From IMG/VR virus record IMGVR_UViG_3300048856_000091, positions 1-43,897 of that record: a stretch of DNA of 43,897 bases. The stretch is one strand, 5' to 3'. This DNA comes from a virus (lineage: Duplodnaviria > Caudoviricetes). Below are positions 36,666-43,897 of the stretch, in pieces. The notes beneath the pieces were generated by a model. That model saw nothing but the letters and a program-made list of their open reading frames with translations, searched no databases and was not told the origin of the DNA. The position numbers and the translations under genes are program-made. Every line of letters begins with the position of its first letter. The first letter of the stretch is position 1.

Positions 36666-39371
36666 ATGGCAACGACTGCTCGCCTCGACCTGACGGTCTG
36701 GCGCAACGATGACGTGTTCGAATACCCGCTGCGCGTGCGCGGCCCTGACCTGTCGGGCGCAGACCTGCGCATGCAGGCCCGACTCCAGGGTGATACTCCT
36801 GGAGCCCCCGCGCTGGACCTGTTGAAGGTCACGAATGGCAATGCAGAAGGCATCCGCGTCGCCGGCGTGACGACCGTCGACGGGGTGAAGGTCAACGATG
36901 TCCGGATCCGGATCAACAAGTCGACGCTGCAGAACCCGGCCAAGTTCCCGTATGCAGGCGAGATTGGCGAGGCCTCCTGGCTGGAATACGCGCTTCTGAT
37001 CGCAGGCCGGACGCGCCTCGTGGGCAAGATCTTCGCGCCGCCGCACGCCTATGGCAGCGACAACGCACCGACCGAGCGCCAGATCTCGTACGGCTCCAGT
37101 TCCGCTACTGCCATGCCTAGCGGAGGTGCCACCCTCACCATCGCGAATGAGGACGTTGCAGAACTTGTCATCGACGGGGCCGATATTCTCGACGGGTTGG
37201 CCGCGCAAAGCACGTCGTCCGCAGTGCGGGCAGAAGCTGCGCTCGCCGCTACGACCACCCTCCAGCAGGGCGTAGCCGCTACTGTCGCCGGAGTTTCCGG
37301 CTTCGTAGCGGGCTCAATCAACGCCACCGCGATCGTCGACCCCTCCCGAGCTTCGCTCACCGGCGTTGGCGCCGGTGGTGGGTTTACCCGGTTTGACGTT
37401 GTCACGTTTGGCGGCGCCGGCGTGACGGGTCCAGGGCAGGTAGATCAGTTCACCGTCTACTGCGAGCAGGCGATCCCGGGCGGCAAGTTCAAGATCGCCC
37501 GCCTGGAGGCTGACGGGACCTATTCCTTTGTCGGTGAGGTCACCAAGGACTTCCCCGCGGGCGAAAAGACGTACACGGCACCGGCCGACTTCACCGCAAT
37601 TCCCATCACGCCGAATTGCGTCATGGGGGTCTATCAGCCGACTGCCGGCCTTTCCTTCGCAACACTCGCCGGCACGGCGGACGGCGTGAGCCTGTCGTTC
37701 CCTGGTGACTTCACGGGCTCCCATGTGGCTGCGACCGGTCGGGCTCCGCAGCAGTTCCAGTTCAAATGCCGCGTGCAGTTCGATGGTAGGACCGAAGAGG
37801 TCGGAAAGCTCCGCGCGATCGTCGGCGAGCCTATCGTGCGCACGGTCGGTCATTCGATCGTCAACGGCCCCGTCAACACGGCCAGCCGCGCCCAATGGCT
37901 GCTTCCCGTCACCGACAACGGCTATCTCTTCGCCCTTAACGCCTATGTCGGTCAGGCCGGCAAGTTCTACGCAGCGGCGTATGACGCATCTGGCAAGGTC
38001 ATCTACCTGCAAGACTTCGTCGCGACGACCACCGGCCCGACGCGCTTTGTGCTGCCGAAGCTTATCGCGATCCAGGCCGGTGGGTTTGCCGGCCTCGGCA
38101 ACGGCACCGGCAAAATGGCATACACCGATGGGGTCGGCAGCGATGTGAAGACGTCTGAGGATGGCCGACCGATCTTTGGGTCGAAGCCGGCCCGTACTTC
38201 GGTGGGCGTCACCATATCGTTCAACTACGAAATGGTTGCCAACCCCGCGACACCGCTCGCCCAAGCGACCGGCACCGCGGCCGCCGACGCTGACAGCGCA
38301 CTAGTCAACGCGGACGCGATCCAGGCGTGGAAATCTCGCGTTGAAGGCGCCCTGTCTCGTGGCGAGCGGGCTATCGTCGCCATCGTTGGCGATAGCCAAT
38401 ACTCCTTCGAATACGGCAAGGCCAACATCCCCTTCACCCTCCGGATGCGCCGCAAGTACGGCGACGGCGGGCCGGGCTGGGTCAGCCCCTTCGGCGCCGC
38501 GCTGAAGGTCGACACCGGCTTCTATACCAAGGGCGAGACGGTGGTCGACATGACCGGCGGGGGGTGGTCGGCGTCGGCGCCATTGCCGACGCCCGACAGC
38601 GCCAACCAGCAAGGTTACACCAACTCCACGGCCGGCAGTTCGGTGTATCTCGACTACAGCGGCAAGGCGACGATCACGACGTTTGAATACCACCATGCTG
38701 GTGGCGGTGGAACGCTGTCGGGCACCTTCAACGACGACGCCGGCACCGCATTCCAGATCGTGCTGCCGTCCGCACCTGGCAAGATCGCGCTGCCGACGCC
38801 GCCCGCCGGGACGTTCCGTTTCCGCGCTACGATCGTCTCGGGAACGGCCACCTTCTGCGGCTTCAACGCCATGGCTGCGAGCGGCTTGGTCGTTCACAAC
38901 CTCTCGGTCGGCGGGACGTCTGCTCGGCAGTGGGCGGGGCAGGATCAGACGCGCTGGAAAGCCGCTCTGGCCAATCTGGGGCCGCACGCCTTCGTGTTGT
39001 CAGCCGGGGGCAATGACGAGGGTGAGGGCCGTTCCACGGTTCAGTTTGTAGCCGATGAAACAACGCTTATCGGTACATTCCGCAGTATTGACCCAAGCAT
39101 TGATGTGGTCGTCTCTATACGCGCGCAGACGCCGAAGGGAGGCGGCATTACGCTGCGGATGGCCGACTATGCCGCTGCGATGCGCAAGAACGCGGCATCG
39201 CTGCGCGTCGCCATGTTCGATGCGGCCAAGCGGTTCGGCACCGACCCGACCCAGTACAGCTTCAGCCCGACCGGCTCCAAGTTCGTCGCGCTGCAATCGG
39301 ACAACGTCCACTTCAACCAGCTTGGGCGGGATATCTTCGTATCCGGCCCGTGCGAGCTGCTGGGCGCTTGA
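36666..39371 (+). CDS. Tail fibre/receptor-binding protein with a C-terminal SGNH (GDSL) hydrolase
   Basis: N-terminal attachment-like domain; beta-rich middle; IVGDSQ, NLSVGG, GGND and DNVH blocks. Confidence 0.85.
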   Translation: MATTARLDLTVWRNDDVFEYPLRVRGPDLSGADLRMQARLQGDTPGAPALDLLKVTNGNAEGIRVAGVTTVDGVKVNDVRIRINKSTLQNPAKFPYAGEIGEASWLEYALLIAGRTRLVGKIFAPPHAYGSDNAPTERQISYGSSSATAMPSGGATLTIANEDVAELVIDGADILDGLAAQSTSSAVRAEAALAATTTLQQGVAATVAGVSGFVAGSINATAIVDPSRASLTGVGAGGGFTRFDVVTFGGAGVTGPGQVDQFTVYCEQAIPGGKFKIARLEADGTYSFVGEVTKDFPAGEKTYTAPADFTAIPITPNCVMGVYQPTAGLSFATLAGTADGVSLSFPGDFTGSHVAATGRAPQQFQFKCRVQFDGRTEEVGKLRAIVGEPIVRTVGHSIVNGPVNTASRAQWLLPVTDNGYLFALNAYVGQAGKFYAAAYDASGKVIYLQDFVATTTGPTRFVLPKLIAIQAGGFAGLGNGTGKMAYTDGVGSDVKTSEDGRPIFGSKPARTSVGVTISFNYEMVANPATPLAQATGTAAADADSALVNADAIQAWKSRVEGALSRGERAIVAIVGDSQYSFEYGKANIPFTLRMRRKYGDGGPGWVSPFGAALKVDTGFYTKGETVVDMTGGGWSASAPLPTPDSANQQGYTNSTAGSSVYLDYSGKATITTFEYHHAGGGGTLSGTFNDDAGTAFQIVLPSAPGKIALPTPPAGTFRFRATIVSGTATFCGFNAMAASGLVVHNLSVGGTSARQWAGQDQTRWKAALANLGPHAFVLSAGGNDEGEGRSTVQFVADETTLIGTFRSIDPSIDVVVSIRAQTPKGGGITLRMADYAAAMRKNAASLRVAMFDAAKRFGTDPTQYSFSPTGSKFVALQSDNVHFNQLGRDIFVSGPCELLGA

Positions 39372-39476
39372 ACGCGACGCCCGGAGCACTTCGGGCAGAT
39401 AGACCTACGATGAATCCACTGCTCTCCAAGTGCCTCACTGGGTATGCCGCGCATCGGCTTCGGTGCCGGTAGCAGC

Positions 39477-39758
39477 CTATGGGAGGCCCGGCAGGCACAT
39501 CGGCTGATAGCGGCCCGGACAAAGCCCTTCGATGTGCCACCTCACGGCGCTCATCGCGAAGACGACCATACCGGCGTTGACCAGGAAGCCCGTTACGCGC
39601 GTCCTCGGTCCGGGAGCTGGGCGAATGAGCCACGCGTACCCCGCAGCGAGGATGAGAAAGCCCGCGATCTGCACGCGAGTCGGCACGGTCCATACCTGAC
39701 TTCGGGTGATGGCAGCCGCTGCGCCGAACAGGATGGCGTTCGGTAGATATCTAATCAC
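39477..39758 (-). CDS. Small membrane protein (antisense moron)
   Basis: GTG at 39758; two to three hydrophobic segments. Confidence 0.5.
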   Translation of the reverse strand: MIRYLPNAILFGAAAAITRSQVWTVPTRVQIAGFLILAAGYAWLIRPAPGPRTRVTGFLVNAGMVVFAMSAVRWHIEGLCPGRYQPMCLPGLP

Positions 39759-39871
39759 TCGTAATCGCACGCCGCAGCCCTGCCGTCGAAACGACAACGC
39801 CGCAACCTCCGGCCGCAGCGATCGAGGGCAGCGCGTGCTGCACGGCGCACGACTTGAGGAGGAGAGTTCCC

Positions 39872-40318
39872 ATGAACCCACTTTGGGGAATGTTCGCGGT
39901 GCTGGTTGGCACCTTCCTGCCCTTGTCGCTGACCCTCAGGGCGGCGGCGCAGGTGTTCCACGATCAGCACTATGGCCTCTGGCACCCGGTGAACGTCTAT
40001 CGCTGGATCAAGATCGCGCTGATCGTCCCCGTGCTGGCGCTGATCAGCCCGGCCGGCGCGTACCTGATGTTCGGCCTCGGCGATGCGGAGATGACCGAGC
40101 GGATCGTTACCTTCCTCGCTTCGACACGTGGCGTGATCCTGGTGGTCTGCCTGCTGATCGCCGCCTTCATCGTCGACAAGGAGCGTCCGCGCATGATCGA
40201 CCATCTGACGCGGCAGCCGACCTCGCGCGAGCACCGCACCCGCATCCAGTTCCGCCACGACACCATGATCGTGCTCATCATTCTGGGGCTCGCCCTGATC
40301 TCGGCGCCGTTTGTCTGA
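39872..40318 (+). CDS. Multi-TM protein of the lysis cassette (holin/antiholin candidate)
   Basis: GAGGAG RBS; about four hydrophobic helices; coupled to the next gene. Confidence 0.65.
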   Translation: MNPLWGMFAVLVGTFLPLSLTLRAAAQVFHDQHYGLWHPVNVYRWIKIALIVPVLALISPAGAYLMFGLGDAEMTERIVTFLASTRGVILVVCLLIAAFIVDKERPRMIDHLTRQPTSREHRTRIQFRHDTMIVLIILGLALISAPFV

Positions 40319-40683
40319 TGGCCGGGCAGAATGTGGTCGCTGCGGCCGTGGGGCCGGCCGCAGTCGCGCTGCTTGGCCTCAACATTCCGATCGTGCCGGC
40401 GCTCTTCGGCGTCGCTGGTGTCGTGCTGGGCCGCTACATCGCGCAGTCGGTGCGCCGGGAAGGGGAGGAGCGGGTCACCAGTCGCGCGAACCTCGCGGTG
40501 ACGATGCTGTTCGCGCTGGGCATGATCGCCGTCGCATCCGAACGTGAGCTTACGCCGTTCCGGGCGCTCGGGGTGGGCGCGTCGGCCGGCTTCCTGGGGC
40601 TCGGGCTGCTCGAGTTCGTCGCCTCGCAGTTCTACGAGCGCATGCGTGGCGCAATCGACGGGTTCTTCAACCCCCGCAAGTAA
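40318..40683 (+). CDS. Holin candidate
   Basis: 121 aa, about three TM helices, basic C-terminus; upstream of the endolysin. Confidence 0.65.
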   Translation: MAGQNVVAAAVGPAAVALLGLNIPIVPALFGVAGVVLGRYIAQSVRREGEERVTSRANLAVTMLFALGMIAVASERELTPFRALGVGASAGFLGLGLLEFVASQFYERMRGAIDGFFNPRK

Positions 40684-40819
40684 CGGGCCGCCCCGGCTCT
40701 TCGTGTTGCTGCCCGATGAGCCAGGGCGGGAGCGGGAAGGGGGCCCCTCGCTCGCCGCCCGCCTAGGACCGGCGAGTTACGCGACGATTTCACCCGGTTA
40801 CACTTGAAAGGAAGAGATC

Positions 40820-41329
40820 ATGGCAACGGCAACTCCGCCGTGGCTTGCGGCTGCGCGTACGCTGAACGGCACGCGTGAGGCGGCAGGCTCGGCAAACAAT
40901 CCGACGATCCTCGGCTGGGCAAAGCGGCTCGGCGCCAAGGTAGTGGGCATGGCCTACAATGCTGACAGCGTGCCGTGGTGTGGGCTGTTCGTCGCGTACT
41001 GCATGAAGGAGGCGGGGATCGCGCCTGCGCCGATCGCCGTGCGCGCCACGGCATGGTCAACCTGGGGCGTGCGCCTCCGGCCGGAGCGGCTGGCGCCTGG
41101 TGCGGTGCTGGTGTTCTCGCGCTCCGGTGGCGGGCACGTCGGCTTCTACGTCGGCGAGGACGCGGCCGCCTATCACGTGTTGGGCGGTAACCAGGGCGAT
41201 CGCGTCTCGATCATGCGGATCGCGAAGGATCGGCTGGTCGCCTCCCGATGGCCGGCGGGTGTGCCGGTGATCGGCGGGCCGGTGCTGATGTCGGTCGCGA
41301 GCGTACCGCTCTCGAGGAACGAAGCGTGA
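40820..41329 (+). CDS. Endolysin, TIGR02594 family (NlpC/P60-CHAP-like)
   Basis: PPWL...DSVPWCGLFV...GGGHVGFY...VLGGNQGD. Confidence 0.9.
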   Translation: MATATPPWLAAARTLNGTREAAGSANNPTILGWAKRLGAKVVGMAYNADSVPWCGLFVAYCMKEAGIAPAPIAVRATAWSTWGVRLRPERLAPGAVLVFSRSGGGHVGFYVGEDAAAYHVLGGNQGDRVSIMRIAKDRLVASRWPAGVPVIGGPVLMSVASVPLSRNEA

Positions 41330-41772
41330 GCTGGGCGGCCGCTGGCACCCTGCTACGCCGCCTTTGGTGGACGCTGCCGATGCTGGTGCTCGTCGGGGCG
41401 CTGCTCGCCACGCGGGCGACGCTCGCCGATCGCACCGCCACGCTGCGCGCCGAGCGGTCCGCCTGGACGTCCGCGCTGGATGACATGGAGCAGGCGCAGC
41501 TGGAGGCCGAACGCCGCTTCGCCAGCAACCTCGCGCAGGCGGCCACCAACTATGCCGACGGCTTGGCCGCGCGCCAGCCGATCATCGTCCGATCCACCAA
41601 CACCGTGAGGGAATATGCGCAGACTGATGCTGGGCGTGTGCTGTGCCGCGATGCTGACCGGGTGCGCGCAGTCGACGCCCTCGATGCCGAGCTTGCCGAA
41701 GCTGCCGGATCCGCCAGCGGCGGCACTGGAGCCGTGCCTGCCGACGCCGCAGCGCCGGCAGGCGGACGGTAG
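41326..41772 (+). CDS. Inner-membrane spanin (Rz-like)
   Basis: GTGA coupling to the endolysin; N-terminal TM followed by a coiled coil. Confidence 0.78.
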   Translation: MSWAAAGTLLRRLWWTLPMLVLVGALLATRATLADRTATLRAERSAWTSALDDMEQAQLEAERRFASNLAQAATNYADGLAARQPIIVRSTNTVREYAQTDAGRVLCRDADRVRAVDALDAELAEAAGSASGGTGAVPADAAAPAGGR

Positions 41773-41875
41773 CGCGACGGCTGCCGATGACGACGGGACG
41801 ATACGGGACGCGCGGTTCGACTTGGCGGCGTGCGAGGCGAGGCGGCGCCTGTTGGTAGAGGCGTGGCCGCGATGA
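41615..41875 (+). CDS. Outer-membrane spanin lipoprotein (Rz1-like)
   Basis: Lipobox LTG-C; Pro-rich; overlaps the Rz-like gene in another frame. Confidence 0.82.
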   Translation: MRRLMLGVCCAAMLTGCAQSTPSMPSLPKLPDPPAAALEPCLPTPQRRQADGSATAADDDGTIRDARFDLAACEARRRLLVEAWPR

Positions 41876-41914
41876 ACTCACCGGAGCGATGACCCATCCG
41901 GCTCGCTCGTCGGC

Positions 41915-42133
41915 TCAATCGAAGTGGCGGCGGCTCGCCAGAAACGCCTGCACATCGGCAGCGTCCAGTACTGGCGCGAGGTGGAGATTCTTCGTCCGTT
42001 GAAGCCGCAGCAGCAGCGCGTCGAGGTCCGCAACGGTCAACCCGCTAGGCCCGTCAATCATCATGTTGTCGTCAGTATAACGCTCGCGGAAAGCGGCGAG
42101 ACGATTAAACGCGGCCTGTTCATCCTGGGTCAC
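41915..42133 (-). CDS. Small hypothetical protein (MTQDEQAAFNRL...)
   Basis: GTG at 42133 with GGAG upstream; natural composition. Confidence 0.5.
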   Translation of the reverse strand: MTQDEQAAFNRLAAFRERYTDDNMMIDGPSGLTVADLDALLLRLQRTKNLHLAPVLDAADVQAFLASRRHFD

Positions 42134-42248
42134 AATCCGGGCGCTCCGTTCTCGCTGGCCGTCGCGACATGAAGTCGCACCCCGTAGCAGGAGCGACAAC
42201 CGGCGACCGTGGCAGCGCAGCGTCCCTAAGTGGGACATTGCCGCCGCG

Positions 42249-42491
42249 TCATCCCTTACCCAACTCCCGCGACAGCAGCTTGATCCTGTTCCGGCCCGCG
42301 TTAACGTTCTGCGACCGCCCGATCTCGTTGGCGCAATGCAGCGACCGCCAGAACCAGATGAGGGTCGAGCGCTCCACGCCCAGGTCGCGGAGGTAGCGCA
42401 GGGCTTCGATCGTCTCGCCTGTTGCACCCTTGGTCTCACCGGCACGCTCAGCTGCTGCGTCTATGATCTGGAGGGCTTCGGCGGTGTCCAT
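42249..42491 (-). CDS. Small hypothetical protein (80 aa)
   Basis: ORF with natural helical composition. Confidence 0.55.
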   Translation of the reverse strand: MDTAEALQIIDAAAERAGETKGATGETIEALRYLRDLGVERSTLIWFWRSLHCANEIGRSQNVNAGRNRIKLLSRELGKG

Positions 42492-42628
42492 GGCACCGCG
42501 TGAAGCATGGGCGCGGCGTGTAGGAAATAGGGGTTCGCTCCCGGCTAGGTGCTTCTACTGATTGAAAGCCGCTGGGGGCGGTTTAGGCCAATGCCAGCCA
42601 TCAGCGTTTCCAAGCGCACTCATGGCTA

Positions 42629-42657
42629 GGCTCGGCGGGTACCCCTCCCGCCGAGCC
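42629..42657 (-). terminator. Stem-loop downstream of the 42662-42832 ORF
   Basis: GGCTCGGCGGG-N7-CCCGCCGAGCC 11-bp stem. Confidence 0.5.
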
Positions 42658-42661
42658 GCAC

Positions 42662-42832
42662 CTACCCCTTGCCCGGCAGATCGCTCTCGAGCATCCACTC
42701 GCCCCACTTCTTCACCGCGCGCACCCCGCAGCACTTCGCGACCGCGGCTTGCTCCTCGCCTTCCTCGGCGAACGCGGACACCCATTCGTGGGCCGCGCCG
42801 TCGCACTGATAGGGTTCGGGATCGTCCGCCAT
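42662..42832 (-). CDS. 56-aa hypothetical protein (absent from the ORF track)
   Basis: MADDPEPYQCDGAAHEWVSAFAEEGEEQAAVAKCCGVRAVKKWGEWMLESDLPGKG*, followed by a hairpin. Confidence 0.5.
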   Translation of the reverse strand: MADDPEPYQCDGAAHEWVSAFAEEGEEQAAVAKCCGVRAVKKWGEWMLESDLPGKG

Positions 42833-43198
42833 GCGGGGGATGTAGGAACGCCAAGCCTCGGGATTAGGTCAGCAGTTGGGCTCTCGGAGCAATATCTCCG
42901 CCAGCTGTGCATCCCCCCACCTCACACGGTATGCTGCCGGTCGAGTTGCTAGGCTGGATCCGGAGCAGCTGAGTACGATTGCACCGACACAATATTTTGT
43001 ACGGGATCGGCTGGAGCGATCCAGCCGCAGGGCACGGCTTTCCGCCATTTCTACCGCTGCTTCATGCCCACCTGCTACGCGCGAGCCACTAAGCGGGATT
43101 CGCGGGTGAATCGCCCGCCCATCGGGCCTATTATCGTGGCGGCGGCAACCAGGAAGTAGCCTGAGCCCCTGGTTTCTCCGCCATCTGGAGAAGCTTCT

Positions 43199-43291
43199 AT
43201 GCGCGCTTCCCGCATACTCGCCCGCTGGTCAGCGATCGCCGCAGCGCTTGCGCTCTGGGCCGGGATCATTGTCGCCGTGACCGCGTGGTGA
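43199..43291 (+). CDS. 30-aa hydrophobic peptide (absent from the ORF track)
   Basis: GGAG SD; MRASRILARWSAIAAALALWAGIIVAVTAW*. Confidence 0.45.
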   Translation: MRASRILARWSAIAAALALWAGIIVAVTAW

Positions 43292-43302
43292 AGGGGGGGG
43301 GC

Positions 43303-43403
43303 ACCACCGCTGCCGACGATGACGGGACGGTTCGCGACGGGCGGTTCGATCTGGCGGCGTGCGACGCGAAGCGCGGCTGCTCGTCGAGGCGCGGCCTCGG
43401 TAG
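43303..43403 (+). pseudogene. Relic of an o-spanin 3' end
   Basis: TAADDDGTVRDGRFDLAACDAKR/RLLVEARPR* versus TAADDDGTIRDARFDLAACEARRRLLVEAWPR* at 41777-41875. Confidence 0.8.
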
Positions 43404-43576
43404 CGGTGAAGCCGTTGGAAAAATCCCCACCTGCACAAGCGGGGGCTGGTTCAGGCGGGGAACTGCTCGCTTCCGGTTGCGCGCGATCATCAACGGGCCG
43501 CTCTGACGCTAAGTTCCGCGCCTGCGCCCGCATCTGACGCTTGCTGGCACCGCAGGGGGAGGCCGCTCGGGCGAGA

Positions 43577-43897
43577 TCAACGGTCGTGCTTGCGGCGCTC
43601 GATCTCGCCCATCAACGCTTCAGTAGCGGGATCACCAACGTCACCGGCGGCCTGATGGTAGGCCTCCAATAGATCGTCATCATCCCGAGGCAGGAACGCC
43701 TTCATACCGGCGCCGATGTCGTACAGGTGATAGGCGTAATTTGAGCCCTTCCCGATTTCGCCCGGTACATCGCGGGAGACGGGTGGTTTCGTCACCCGCC
43801 GGTAGGCGTAGACCACGGCGGCGTCTTCGGTTTCCTGCCCGTCTAGGGGGCCGCCATAGATCGGGTAGCTAGGCTTATCTGGGTTCTCCTGCGTCAT
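43577..43897 (-). CDS. Hypothetical protein (106 aa)
   Basis: ORF with GGPLDG and DLLEAY...GDPATEALMGEIERR. Confidence 0.55.
   Translation of the reverse strand: MTQENPDKPSYPIYGGPLDGQETEDAAVVYAYRRVTKPPVSRDVPGEIGKGSNYAYHLYDIGAGMKAFLPRDDDDLLEAYHQAAGDVGDPATEALMGEIERRKHDR

Larger units (their letters stand above)
1498..41875. mobile_element. Lambda-like temperate prophage, possibly defective; true ends not determined
   Basis: Continuous integrase, immunity, replication, packaging, head, tail and lysis gene order. Confidence 0.95.

Noticed and set aside
39706-40317. Long N-terminal extension of the 325-aa ORF ending at 40683
   Set aside because: It overlaps the 39872-40318 gene; the coupled ATG at 40318 is the more plausible start

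Overview
Nearly the whole window is one lambda-like, long-tailed temperate prophage from a high-GC alphaproteobacterium; the gene content looks Sphingomonas-like, which is an inference. Left arm: a flanking 2TM-GAF gene pair, a tyrosine integrase, a leftward early operon (including a TraR/DksA-like protein), and a CI/Cro switch flanked by four RATAC-N5-GTATY operators. Next come primase, DnaB helicase and a DUF1376 initiator with a candidate origin, a putative late regulator, and an accessory island (stand-alone TIR protein, Cys-less LOV-like histidine kinase, Crp/Fnr, DUF6894, host-attachment protein). The packaging/structural block has a decayed HNH gene, a lambda-like cos site, terminase (large subunit frameshifted), gpW, portal, ClpP-capsid fusion, head-tail genes, tail tube, a tail chaperone with a -1 slippery site, tape measure and tail tip genes. 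The right end has an SGNH-esterase receptor-binding protein, the lysis cassette and small orphan ORFs. Most unusual: (1) an intein-like Hint domain with intact catalytic motifs at the C-terminus of the tail-tip protein; (2) the lone TIR protein with a large BB-loop insertion; (3) two sense 'bridge' ORFs, ATGA-coupled at both ends, that each span an antisense gene. att sites could not be found. All calls come from reading motifs by eye; no searches were run.
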